Source of the DNA: Candidatus Saccharimonadota bacterium
GTDB taxonomy: Bacteria > Patescibacteriota > Saccharimonadia > Saccharimonadales > VXPC01
Assembly (NCBI GenBank): GCA_009839685.1
Contig: VXPC01000014.1
Span: 6,928-70,927 of the forward strand
Length of the DNA: 64,000 nucleotides
Direction of reading: 5' to 3'
Position numbers and translations under genes: made by a program
The notes under the pieces: model-generated
Told to the model about the DNA's origin: nothing
Seen by the model: only the letters and a program-made list of their open reading frames with translations
Databases searched by the model: none
Part shown: positions 44,953 to 56,300 of the stretch, in pieces
Layout: each line of letters starts with the position of its first letter
Numbering within the stretch: the stretch's first letter is position 1

Positions 44953-46539
44953 TCAGAATTGCCAAGAAGCATAGCCCCACTGGCCGTCCAGCCCCAAGGC
45001 TCGCACGCAGATGGTATCGTAGGACTCCCCAATGGTCCAGAAGTAACTTTGTCCGGCTACTGTTTTAGCTGAAAGCTCTACAAACGCCAAACTGTTGCAA
45101 CCGTAGCGCTGAGACATATGTGGCGTCAGGTAGAGGTACTCAAAGTAGGTTATCTCCGAATCAGCCCTGATCTGCACGTGTTCAGTGTCGACCGTAAAAC
45201 CTTCTACGGTGCTGATGCTAACCACCGGCGGCAACAGTTCGGGCGACTTAGGCGTGCCGGTTTTTTCAACCAGTTTGTAGTAATAATTGCCCAACTGGTC
45301 AATGGCACGAACGCAGTAATCACGTCCGGCTAAGTAGTCTTCCTGCACACGATATCCGGGCATGTAAATAGCGGGCGGTATCCCTCCTGCCCACAGATAT
45401 CCTTGAACCCAGAAGGGGTTATCGTCGAAGTCCCCCGCCCTGGCCCTGTAATTGCGACTGCTGGGGGGCGCCTTGCCGATATCATAGTATTCTGCGACCG
45501 AGCAATCCGCGGAATCTCCCGGCTCTGCTTCAGGCAGAACAGCGATAGTCCAGTCAACGTAACCGGAAACGTTCAGCAGTCGAAAGTGAGCCGTTGTGGT
45601 GCCGTCGGTCCCGCGATCTGAAAAAATATGCTGCGATTTGACGTAAACTATCGGTCCGCGATTGGGTCTGACCTGCACGTAGGTCTGATTGCCGTCGGCA
45701 TCGGTGGCTTCAAAGCAGTAGATGAAATCAACAAACTGGTCCGAGCTGTTCGGATTATCGTTTTCACGCACGATTATGATAGGCACCCGGCCACCCGTCG
45801 TTATCTCTTCAAATTGCAATGGTTCAGTTACATACTCATCGCCTTCGTAGTAGCTGGCTATGTAATTGCCCTTGAACATCTGTTCGCAGGCGGTGCCGGC
45901 TTGCAACCACGGGTACGACGGCTCCGCGAAGACGGACGTCCTAGTCATTGCAGCTCTGACGCGCCCCACGCGGTAGCTAACGCTTTCGCTTGCGGACGCT
46001 TGCAGGTACGGACTCTTGAAAGCGGCTACTCTTTTAACCGAAACAACCGGATTACCCGTGTCAATATCGTGCAGTATGTGCCTGACCCTGTCGCCGGATC
46101 TGGCCTCGAAACAAATCCACTTGTTGCGATAGGCTGCCTGCGCGTCTGGCGACTGGGGCAGCTCCCGCACTCTGGATTTCCTTATTTCCGGATGATTCGG
46201 CGCGTAGCCTTTGAAGGTATTCTCATCGCAGTTTTCACCCACGTCGACAATCTTATGCTTCCAGTAGATGCGGTTGTGCGTCCACGGGAAAGTGTTTCTC
46301 TCCAACGTGTCGGCGACAATAGTTAAATCTCTCTGCCGCGTAATAAGCTCGAACAGGTTTTCCGTGAAGGTCAGTTCCGGATCCTCGTGACTGCTGCCGT
46401 AAGCCACCAAGCCGAAACCGATCATCGCGAGCAGGCTGGCTGCGGTGATAGCTACCAACCGAGCCATCTTGTCAGGCAGCTTTTTAACGGCTTTTGCGTT
46501 TCTGGAATCAAGCTTGTTGTTAGTCTTCGGCAAAGCCAT
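44953..46539 (-). CDS. Secreted or N-anchored protein with four Cys-paired beta-rich repeats
   Basis: N-terminal hydrophobic segment; repeats ending WICFEARSG, YCFEATDADGNQTY, YCVRAIDQLGNYYY, ICVRALGLDGQWGY. Confidence 0.8.
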   Translation of the reverse strand: MALPKTNNKLDSRNAKAVKKLPDKMARLVAITAASLLAMIGFGLVAYGSSHEDPELTFTENLFELITRQRDLTIVADTLERNTFPWTHNRIYWKHKIVDVGENCDENTFKGYAPNHPEIRKSRVRELPQSPDAQAAYRNKWICFEARSGDRVRHILHDIDTGNPVVSVKRVAAFKSPYLQASASESVSYRVGRVRAAMTRTSVFAEPSYPWLQAGTACEQMFKGNYIASYYEGDEYVTEPLQFEEITTGGRVPIIIVRENDNPNSSDQFVDFIYCFEATDADGNQTYVQVRPNRGPIVYVKSQHIFSDRGTDGTTTAHFRLLNVSGYVDWTIAVLPEAEPGDSADCSVAEYYDIGKAPPSSRNYRARAGDFDDNPFWVQGYLWAGGIPPAIYMPGYRVQEDYLAGRDYCVRAIDQLGNYYYKLVEKTGTPKSPELLPPVVSISTVEGFTVDTEHVQIRADSEITYFEYLYLTPHMSQRYGCNSLAFVELSAKTVAGQSYFWTIGESYDTICVRALGLDGQWGYASWQF

Positions 46540-46565
46540 GCTCCAAATCTCTCATATCACCTCAA

Positions 46566-46596
46566 ATTATACATAAAAAAAGAGGGGGGGGGGCAA
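46566..46596 (-). promoter_or_regulatory. Promoter whose -35/spacer contains C10 and T7 homopolymers (candidate phase-variable promoter)
   Basis: Minus strand reads TTG-C10-TC-T7-ATG-TATAAT, i.e. TTGCCC-N19-TATAAT. Confidence 0.65.
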
Positions 46597-46605
46597 TAAC
46601 CGGCC

Positions 46606-47847
46606 TCAGCCTTCCGGTTGCTGCAGGCTGTAGATCTCCTGCGTCTGGGGGTGCTGGATCCAGGCGGCGAAGTAGCGCCTGACCTGATAGAAAAGGCTCA
46701 TGTTGACCAAGATGACGATAATCATGATGCCGATGGCCCTGGCTAAGGGGTTGAAGGGAAAAACCTTTTTCCAATGATCGGCGAATTCGTGCAAGCCGAC
46801 GACGGCAACGATGATAATCAGCGGCAGCAGCATCTCGACACCTTGGGTCTTGATGCCCGCGTTCAGCCCGGCGATAACCAGCAGTCCGAGCGCCCCGAAA
46901 CCCAAGTAGGCCTTGCCGACCCTTAGCAGCGGCTGCTGGCGGGCGAAATAAAGCCCGAACGGAATCATGGCCGCTATGAAGACGTCGAGCAGCGGCAGCC
47001 GGCCGAGCCAGCGCGAGGCGTTGTAGGGCGCCTGCCAGACCAGGCTCTTGAGGGTTTGCAGGAAGTTGTCCCCGACTTGCCGGACGCTCTCGACCGCCTC
47101 GGGTATGCCCCAGGCGACGAAAACCGCTTGCTGGTCGTAGCTGAAGCTGAGGAACATGACGGCCGCTAGGACGATGTAGGTTATGACCAGGCTCAACTTG
47201 AGCCGAGAGCTGAGCAGCCGGCGCAGCACCCGGTGGCGATAGAAAATATGCAGGAAAAGAGCCGTAATCAGCCAAGGCGCCAAGGGGGTGAACCAGTTGA
47301 GGACGGCCGCCGTCAAGGCGGCCAGCTTCAACTGGAGACTGTGGCCATAGTCTTTCATCAAGGTAAGGCAGGCGGCCAAAACGAGCAAGAAGGCCAGCGA
47401 GGTCATCTCCGGCGTGCCGGCTCTGGCCAGCTGCAGCATCCAGCTGTTAAGAACCAGCAGGCTGGTGCCGGCCAAGCTGATCAGGACGCCGAACCGCCTT
47501 CTTAGCAGCAGCAAAAACGTGCCGGCGACGAGCAGCGCCGACGCGCTGCTGAAAATCCGGGCGGCCAGGACGCCGTCGCTGACGACGAAGCGCAGCAGGT
47601 AGACCCCTAAGTGATAGGGCCAGTAGAGGAAGTTTTCAAACGGATCCGGGAAAGTCGAGGTGGCTTCCAAAACGGCGGCCTCGGCCGGGCTGTGGCCGGG
47701 CAGCAGCTGGCCCGGGGCGATGCCGTAGCTCAGCGCCAGCGCCAGAAGGAAGATAAAAGCGGTGTAGACGACCGGCAGCCAGCCGCTGAAGGTCTCCGAA
47801 TTAAGGTTGGTGCGGGCTAACAACCGCCCGGCAAGCTTGTTCAACAC
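46606..47847 (-). CDS. Polytopic membrane protein, GT-C / PMT-like glycosyltransferase
   Basis: About 11 TMs; SPAE loop, LAARIFS, LQLARAGTPE, as in ArnT/PMT-type folds. Confidence 0.65.
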   Translation of the reverse strand: MLNKLAGRLLARTNLNSETFSGWLPVVYTAFIFLLALALSYGIAPGQLLPGHSPAEAAVLEATSTFPDPFENFLYWPYHLGVYLLRFVVSDGVLAARIFSSASALLVAGTFLLLLRRRFGVLISLAGTSLLVLNSWMLQLARAGTPEMTSLAFLLVLAACLTLMKDYGHSLQLKLAALTAAVLNWFTPLAPWLITALFLHIFYRHRVLRRLLSSRLKLSLVITYIVLAAVMFLSFSYDQQAVFVAWGIPEAVESVRQVGDNFLQTLKSLVWQAPYNASRWLGRLPLLDVFIAAMIPFGLYFARQQPLLRVGKAYLGFGALGLLVIAGLNAGIKTQGVEMLLPLIIIVAVVGLHEFADHWKKVFPFNPLARAIGIMIIVILVNMSLFYQVRRYFAAWIQHPQTQEIYSLQQPEG

Positions 47848-47875
47848 GTCCGGTTAGCTTTCACTTAAGCTTATT

Positions 47876-49267
47876 TTAACCCATTTCCAGCTCTTCGGCC
47901 GGAATGTCCAGATTCTTCTCCAGCGTCAGATAACGTTGGATCTCCTTGTTGAAGTAAAGCTCGACCTTGCCGACCGGCCCGTTACGGTGCTTTTTGATCT
48001 GAACTTCCAGGATGCCCTGTTTCTCTTCGTTATCGGGGTTATAGTATTCCTCCCGGTACAGGAAAGCGACGACGTCGGCGTCCTGCTCGATCGAACCCGA
48101 GTCGCGCAGATCGGCCAGCGCGGGGTGCTTGTTCTCCCTGGTCTCGGTTTGCCGGCTGAGCTGCGAGAGAGCGATGACGGGTATGTTGAGCTCTTTGGCC
48201 AGCAGCTTAAGCCCGCGGGAGATCTCGGAAATCTCCTGCACCCGGTTGTCGCCGTAATTGCCCTGGATGCCGCGCATCAGCTGCAAATAGTCGACGACGA
48301 TCAGGTCGACCTTCTGCTTGTAGTTCAGCCGCCTGGTCTTGGTCCGCACCTCGGAAATGTTCAGTCCCGGCGTGTCGTCGATATACAAACTGGCTTTGCT
48401 CAGCCCTTCCTGGGCGCCGGCGATCTTCTCAAAGTCTTCGTTCCTCAGGTGCCCGGTCCTCAGCCCCCAGGCGCTGATGCCGGTGTGCATCGAGAGGAGG
48501 CGGTCGACCAGCTGGTCCTGGCTCATCTCCAAGGAAAAGTACAGAACCGTCTTCTGCGCCTCCAAATCGTGGTTGCAGGCGATGTTATAAGCCAGGTTGA
48601 GGGCGAAGCCGGTCTTGCCCATGCCGGGCCGGGCGGCGATGATGAAGAGGTCGCTGTTCTGGAAGCCGGCCAGAAAGTTGTCCAGATCCTTGAAGCCGGA
48701 GGAAATGCCCCGCAGCTCGCCCCGGTTCTCTTGCAGGCGCTTGAGGTTTTCAAAGCTTTCCTTAAGCACCTCGCTGAGGTGCATCACGTTCTGTTGGACG
48801 TGCTGCTCGGAGATATTGAAGAGCTTGACCTCGGCCGTCTCAATTATCTGGTTCAGATCCTTCTTGTTGTCGTAAGCCAGTTGGTTGAAGGCGGCGGCCG
48901 TCTCGATCAAGCCCCTGCGGCGGGCTTTTTCGACGATTATCTCCGCGTAGCTTTTGGCGTGGCTGGCCGTTGGGACGGTGTTGATCAGCTGGCTGAGGTA
49001 TTCGTTGCCGCCCACCTCCTTGAAAACCTTGGCATCCTTAAGAGCGCTGCCGACGGTAATGATGTCGATGTCCTTGCCTTGGCGGTAAACTTCCAAGGCC
49101 GCTTTGTAGACGTGTTCGTGCTTCTTGTCGAAAAAATCGTAGGTCTTGATCAGATCCTCGACTTCGGCGATAACCAGCGGGTCGAGCAGGATGGCGCCCA
49201 GCAGGCAGGCTTCGGCCTCCAGATCCTGAGGCTTGGCGGCCGCCTTGGTCGCACTCTCAGTCGGCAT
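47876..49267 (-). CDS. dnaB: Replicative DNA helicase
   Basis: PQDLEAEACLLGA, IAARPGMGKT, FSLEM, VVDYLQL, IALSQLSR, LRDSGSIEQDAD, KHRNGPVG. Confidence 0.97.
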   Translation of the reverse strand: MPTESATKAAAKPQDLEAEACLLGAILLDPLVIAEVEDLIKTYDFFDKKHEHVYKAALEVYRQGKDIDIITVGSALKDAKVFKEVGGNEYLSQLINTVPTASHAKSYAEIIVEKARRRGLIETAAAFNQLAYDNKKDLNQIIETAEVKLFNISEQHVQQNVMHLSEVLKESFENLKRLQENRGELRGISSGFKDLDNFLAGFQNSDLFIIAARPGMGKTGFALNLAYNIACNHDLEAQKTVLYFSLEMSQDQLVDRLLSMHTGISAWGLRTGHLRNEDFEKIAGAQEGLSKASLYIDDTPGLNISEVRTKTRRLNYKQKVDLIVVDYLQLMRGIQGNYGDNRVQEISEISRGLKLLAKELNIPVIALSQLSRQTETRENKHPALADLRDSGSIEQDADVVAFLYREEYYNPDNEEKQGILEVQIKKHRNGPVGKVELYFNKEIQRYLTLEKNLDIPAEELEMG

Positions 49268-50240
49268 TTCCACGCTCCTTGGCCGGCCGGCTGTGCTTCA
49301 GTAAGGCGATCTCCAGGGCCGCGTGCGGTTGCCGGGCTCCGAAGACGTCCAGCAAATCTTCCAGCAGATCCAGCTTGCGCCCGTAGTATTCATCATGCGG
49401 GTTGGCCTGCAGGCCATCTCTCAGCCCGCTCGTCAGCCTTTCGGCCAGAACCACCGGGTCGACGCCCAGAGCTTCGATTTTCCGGTAGCGCTCGACGACC
49501 CCCTTCAAATTACCAACTGCCAGCGATTCCAGCAGGCCGGCAACCATTTCGGTCGGCGGCAACCCCAAAATTTCCTCGACCAAACCCCCGTCAATCTTTT
49601 TATCCAGGCTGGTCAGCTGATCCAGCAGGCTCAAGGCGTCGCGCAGGCTGCCGCCGGCGTGTTGGGCCAGCAGCTGCAAGGCCGCCTCGTCGATGTCGAC
49701 CTTTTCCTGTTTGGCGATATTCTCCAAATGCCTTCGGAGCTCCTCGACGGGCACGGCTTTGAAGGCGAAATGCTGACATCTCGAAGCGATGGTGGCCGGC
49801 ACTTTGTGGGCCTCGGTCGTCGCCAAGATAAAGACGGCGTGCTCGGGGGGCTCCTCCAGAGTTTTGAGCAAGGCGTTGAAGGCCTCCTTGGTCAGCATGT
49901 GGACCTCATCAATTATGTAGACCTTGTATTTGAGCTGCAGGGGCGCCAGCTTGACCTTCTCGCGCAAGTCCCTGACCTCGTCGATCCGCCCGCTGGAAGC
50001 GGCGTCGATCTCGATGATATCCAAAGGGGTCTCATCCAATTTGTACTCGACACCGTTGATCCGGTGGGCCAGGATGCGGGCCAAGCTGGTCTTCCCCACC
50101 CCCCTCGGTCCGGTCAACAGCAGGGCGTGCCCCGGCAGACCCTTCTCAAGCGCCGCCGACAAGGTTTTGACTATCGGCGCCTGGGCGACGATCTCTTCCA
50201 ATTTCTTAGGCCGGTATTTGCGGTACAGGACCAGGCTCAT
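49257..50240 (-). CDS. dnaX: DNA polymerase III subunit gamma/tau (short form)
   Basis: LYRKYRP, GPRGVGKTS, EIDAAS, IIDEVHML, LLKTLEEPP, TIASRC, GSLRDALS. Confidence 0.96.
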   Translation of the reverse strand: MSLVLYRKYRPKKLEEIVAQAPIVKTLSAALEKGLPGHALLLTGPRGVGKTSLARILAHRINGVEYKLDETPLDIIEIDAASSGRIDEVRDLREKVKLAPLQLKYKVYIIDEVHMLTKEAFNALLKTLEEPPEHAVFILATTEAHKVPATIASRCQHFAFKAVPVEELRRHLENIAKQEKVDIDEAALQLLAQHAGGSLRDALSLLDQLTSLDKKIDGGLVEEILGLPPTEMVAGLLESLAVGNLKGVVERYRKIEALGVDPVVLAERLTSGLRDGLQANPHDEYYGRKLDLLEDLLDVFGARQPHAALEIALLKHSRPAKERGNAD

Positions 50241-50395
50241 AGCGGTTGTTTCAAGATTTAACACCCCTCATTATAACCATCGGCCAAAGCCTGGGCGGCA
50301 ATCTACACAGTTTGTCCGCAGGTCTTCCGCCGCCTTAGAGCCGGTTTGTCCACAGGAGCTAGCTTAATCCCTGCCACCTAAACCTCGCTTCAGGC

Positions 50396-53300
50396 CTAGT
50401 AGTTGACGGGGGTGACGGTAATGCTGTCCGATTTGTACAGCTGGTCCGGGAAGAGCGGCAGTTCGGGGACGCCGATCAAGAATTCCGGACGGAGGTTAAT
50501 TTCTTCCGAACCCCTGTTGTAAGACCCCCCCAAGCGGTTGGCGATGTCAAATGCGTTGGTCGGCAGAATCAAGGTCGGGGTTTCAGGGGTCGTGGCTCTG
50601 ATAACCGAGTTGTTGATGCGGCCCAAACGCACCCTTTGGGCGATCAGGGCGCCGTTGACTATCAAATCGGAATTGCAGCTGGTGTAATGACTGCTGGCGT
50701 CTATACCTGGATAGTAACAGGTCCAGATCTCGCCGGCCAAAGCGCGGTTGATACCAGTGTTAATATGATCGGGGTAGGCGACCAGCACGGCGTCTATCCG
50801 GTTTACGGAGGGGTCGATGTAGATGTTGCCCCTGACGACTATCAGCAGGTAGCCGACTTCCGAGCGGTCATTCCAGCCCGCCGTGTTCTCGTTGACGATG
50901 TCGCTGTTGATGTAAACGTTGCCCTCGCCCTCCACGAACAGCGTGGCTTTGAGGTCGGACAAGTTGACGCCGAAGCCGTCAATGTTCAAATTTTGGCCGT
51001 AGTTGAGGACGTAGCGCTTGCGGTCGTTATTCCTGATAGTGCTGAGGTCGATATCAATCGGAGTGTGGCCGCCGGGGTTCGGCTCTTCGTGTATGTTTTC
51101 AACTTCGCGCCAGTAGTTGCTGATGCAGCTGGTTTCCCCGAAGTCGCCGCCCCAGTCGGGATTGCCGGCCGTGTTGCTGAAACTCAGGCCTTTGAGCGGC
51201 GTGGGCGATGCCGGCCGCTGCGAGGCCGAGTAGAAATAAGCGATCGCGTTATGTGCCTGGACGCCGTATTGGACCGACGATCCCTTGGCGGTGCTGTAGT
51301 CGTTGCCGGAACTGTGGCCGAAGATAAAGCCGTCGATAGTCCCGCTCGAATTTCTGATAACGGTCTCGTTGTTCACGCCGCAGGAATCGTATTTGTTAGC
51401 CAGCCCGAAATAACCCCCGGCGCCGACATCACCGTGGAAGACCTTGAAGTAAGGCTTAACAGCTACTCTGACTTGCTCCGTGCATGGTATAGTGCCATGG
51501 GATGAATTGCCGGGGAACGGGTAGCCCGTCCGACGTTCATTCGGGTCGCTTCCCTCCGATGTTATGCGTTCGTTGATACTTTCAAACCACGAGTTTTGCT
51601 GAGTCGATGTTAAAGCATAATCAAGGGTCGTCCAGCTTTCCCCGCCCATGCTGGTCACAATCGACCATTCAAAATTGTACTCGCCATCTCTTTGCAAGAC
51701 TCTCTGTAAGTCGTTGGGAGGGCCGGTTCTGGTACTAATAACCCGCCTGCCGTTAGGGTCTATGCTGTCGTTAGGATGGCTCGTCGGAATAAAGCCGCTA
51801 ACGGGGGGAGTAAAGCTGGGGTCGTGCTGGTTCGTGACTTCGTATCTAATAGAGTCTATATCCATCGATGCCGCGTTAGGGTTGACCAGCTCTACTGTGA
51901 TGCGGGTGTTCGGGTCGTCTTTCTCAAAGACATCCCGCCTGACAATGCATTCGGGCGGATCAGCCCAAACAAAGATATTAATGGATGTCGGCCCAGTGGT
52001 GCAACTGTTTCCGGTATGTTCAAGGCCCTGCCATGACGGATGAGTGCCTGGAGTGGCGACGCCTTGGGCATCACTTTCCCAGGCGGGGTTCCAAGTGACT
52101 AAGAATTCGCCGGGGTAAACAATACTCGTAAACGACTCTTCGAAATCTAGGCTCTGCCCACTGGGTATAGTTGCAACCGTGTTGGCAGTGCTTTGGCTAA
52201 TTGATACTCCAGGACTGTGGAATCTACCCGTTTGGCTGTTAACATTGTATGTCGGGTGCGTGCTGCTGGTCGTTACTAGGTCAAAGTAGTTTTGTCGGTT
52301 AATCATGGTGAAAACGGTTCTCTGATCCGGTTCGCCAACCGGATACACCTTGGTCGGATTGTTGCTCGGGGGTATTCTTTCTTCATCCCTGCCTGATTCA
52401 GGATGATTAAAAAGAGGGTCTTTCCGTCTAATACTGCAGTCCGGCGGTCTTACTACCAAGACGCGGGAACAGGCTTCCCAGGTGCCGTTGAAGGTCAGGA
52501 GATTTTTTATCGTTTCCGTTGTTGACAGATTAGAGGTGCTATTGTAGTAGTGGTTTCCGTTGGGGGAAGTGCTATCCCAGTATGCTGAGTCGGACCAACT
52601 GTGCCGCGTAGTGTTGTCGTAGGCGTAGGTGTAGGTGATGGTTTCCTCAATTTCCAACCGCCAGCTTATCCGCCATTCATACGTGTGAATATCCGGCGTT
52701 GTGATACTCCCCCCGTCTATCAGCGACAGAACGGAGTTGTTGCTGGCACTACTTCCGGTTCTGGCCCAACTGGTTGAACCCGCCCTTCTTACTCGTTGCG
52801 CGGTAATACTGAACCTTTTATCAATACTGCTGGTGCTATTTATAGACAAATTATCACCGTTACTGGTCGTCAACTCTGCATAATCTGGTGGCGCGGCAAA
52901 CAAAGTATCCAAATGAGACGAGGGGCCATTATCAAATTTAAGCTGTATTCTCACTGTGTGATTGGAGCCGATTTCGGATGTCGACGTGTCGCTGTAATCA
53001 TTGTTAAGAAAGATTTTCTCCACCAAATAATCTTGAACGAAGTCGTCGTCAAAGGCACTGTTATCGAATGTGCTGAAATGGATCTTGATATTGTCGGTAA
53101 CCGTGCTGACTTGATTGTAAGTACCACTATCCGTTTGTACGGTATCGGGGAGGTCTTCCGACCAGCTATGGCTGTGGGTGGTATTAGCGGGTCCCGTATG
53201 GCCATAAACAGAATCGTACACCTTATTACCGGAGCCGGTGCCGTGATAATGGCTGCCGCTTTCGTTGTATATATTGTAATCACGATGGGTATGGGAAAAG

Positions 53301-56300
53301 GTCTGCGACGCGCCTTCCTTGCTGGATGTAAAGGAATCGGTAGCTGTCCGGTTATAAGTACCCGACCTGCTGGTTATATCGATATCGTTATCATCCCAAT
53401 CCAAACCTTCGGGCCAATTCCAACTCCAACACTCTCCTGGCGGCGCGTCTTCGCAAGCTGCTTGATTGACTGCCAGACCGCTTAGATTTACTGCAGCTCT
53501 AGGAAGAGGGGTGTCAAACTCTCTTAGTTCGCCGCTACTGTCGTAGTAACCGGCAATTTCATAAGTTAAATGGCGGGGAGTGGTAAACCAGGCAGTACTA
53601 GCATCGGTTATATCAAACAGATGATACCTTCTGTTTGGGGGTGAAGAACTGAGAGTGCTGGAAGGGTCCGTGTCCAGAACTCGATCATAGGAACTAACTC
53701 TGACAGCATTAGTGTAACTGCCGTAATCATAATTGTTGGGATCCTGGTCTTTCTTAAGGATTAAATCATGAATATCCACGTCCGGGTCGCCGTTAGTGTA
53801 AGTTACGGGACCGGCGTCTGAACCGGACTGTGTAATCTCCAAGTGCAGATTTGCCTCCCCGGTGGAGCTTATGGGCATGCTCACATCTTCAATCCAGACT
53901 GCGCAATTCGGCATTCCGTCTGTATCCGGGCCGGAAATGACGGTGGGGGTAGTGAAATCAAGGCAGTCCATATAACTCCTGGGCAAACCTCTGATCGGAT
54001 CATCGGGGATAATATCGTAAACCTTTTTCGATAAACCGGGTACCTGCCAGGTGATAGGGCTTGTATCCAAGGAACCGTTGTTATTGAAGTCCTCATTGAG
54101 ATCCAGTACTCCGTTGTTGTTGAGGTCTTCGGTTTCCAGCCAGGCCCGACCGGTTAAGATAATCCCGTTATCTAATCTGTTGCTCGTGAGTAAATTATTG
54201 TTATAGATCATCTGATTGTAGAGCATCAATCTCACCATCAATCTGTCATCTTGAGGAGGGGGGTTATCGGGGTCCGGTATCTGGCTGTAGAATCCGTTGG
54301 GCTGACCCGGCAGGGCATTGCCCGGGGTCGGCAGGGCATCTGCGTCGTGACCCGCGCCGTAGTTGACCGCTCTTGGTGTGACAGGGCTTGTGAGCCCGCT
54401 ATTCGTGTAGGTAAAGTTATTAATGGACCCGCCAGGAGGGGTTCTTGATGACTGATTATGAACTTTCAGTTCAAATTTGATTTTATCCCTGATGCTTGGA
54501 TCCTCGTATTCCTCGAACAGCAACTGCTTGATGTAAATCTCGCAGGTGCGCTCGGTAATGCCTATTTCAACCTTCTGATCACAGGTTGCTACCGTATTTA
54601 TGTAATCAAAGGGCACCCTGTACTGGACAAAGTTGCGGGGGTCAATATTCTTAAAGGTTATCTTGTAAACTTTGTCTTTCTTGAAGAAGTTTTCTATGAT
54701 TTTATTTTCCCACTCATTAGAGGAAACAGCGATGTAATAAGGATTCTGGCTACTAGAGTTCCCTGACACCAGATTATCCCAGTCATCCTTGTTAACCAGT
54801 CTGTCCGCCCTGTGATAAATTCTGCGCACATCGTTTTCGTTATATTGATTGGCTATGTGGGTGTTGATTTCATTATTGGTATAGACTATGGGGTCAACCC
54901 CTAGGGCGTCGTTGTAGGTTGAATATATGTTTCTCGTATAACCCCATTCCCCATTTTCGTTTTTAATAGCATGTTGTACTCCAGAGCTTGACAAGCTGCT
55001 GCCACCTACGCCGTCGGGGACATAGAAGTAAAAATTATTATTGACTATACCGCCGTGGTACAAAAACGGTCTAAAATCACCAGCACTACTTGGTTTATGC
55101 AAGGCATTAATAAGTTTGCCCGGGCCAGTGTTATAAACCATAAATGCCTTGGATACATCCTTGCCATTCGGATTTTTATCACTGTATATTTTCGTCCTGT
55201 TGTTCTCGTATCTGAAATACCACTGCAACAGGTCCTCATTATTGTTGCCCGGATTAGAGTTAGAGCCATCCGCATTTCGGGTTGCTAGGTCTCCATTATG
55301 AGCTGCGACTCTTTTTATACTACCTCCCCGATTATTCGCCACAACTTCAGATCCAGTTACGCGGGGTGCAGAAACCTCTACCACATTCACACCCGAAGGA
55401 GGGTTGCCGGCATCATTGTCATTGTCATTCAAGATGCCGTCGAACCGTAATGTCATCTCCGGAGATGCCGGGAAGCTGGGGGTGCTTCCAGGCGCAGGTC
55501 TGTCTGTTTCATACACCTCTACTTCCGGATACGTACCGGCGTTAGCTTGCCAAAAAGGGTATCCTGTCAGGTTGTTGCCGTGGTCGTACGTACTGCGGTC
55601 GCTGTCGTACAAGCCTATTTGGAAGTTTCTGCTGGGTTCATTAATGACGCCTGCCTCGCAACCATATCTTTCGGCATCAGGCGCAATGACAAAACTGACG
55701 TCTGAGGCTGGTCTCTTGGTGGTATCCCAAGCATTTGAGTAGCCGGTAGGCCAGTTCCCCGCGCCAACCCCGAAGTTATTATCGGGCCCACCTCTGTTTC
55801 CAAACGAAGCTAGAGTAGCGCTCCATTCAGGTGCAAGCTCTATGCTAGTGTCGGCCACCACGTAAGGCTCAGAGGCGACTGCACCACCCCCAGTCTTTTT
55901 GAGCTTAATTCTAAAATTATTATAGAAAGACCTAGAGGAATTGTTTTTGAGCTCAAATTCTAGTAAATATTGCTTAAAATCAATGCTGTTAGTAGATCCC
56001 TTTGCATACAATTTTCTGACATGAATCGGATTCAACCAACTTACTTTACTGGAATGTATATCTATTGGCGTGCCGGTATATTCGCCACTACATACACTAG
56101 CTGGGCTTGTGACGTGACCCGGGGGCTGACTGCCTGTGGAACTGAATATCCAAGAACGTGCTGTATCACCTGCACTATCTTTTCCAATGACCCTTACTGA
56201 CACATTTATAGGAGTACTGGGTGAACCCGTGTCTATATTGGAACTGCTATTGCACAGATCATAGGTATCGATGTCATAGTTGCTAAGGTCGTTGTCGTTT

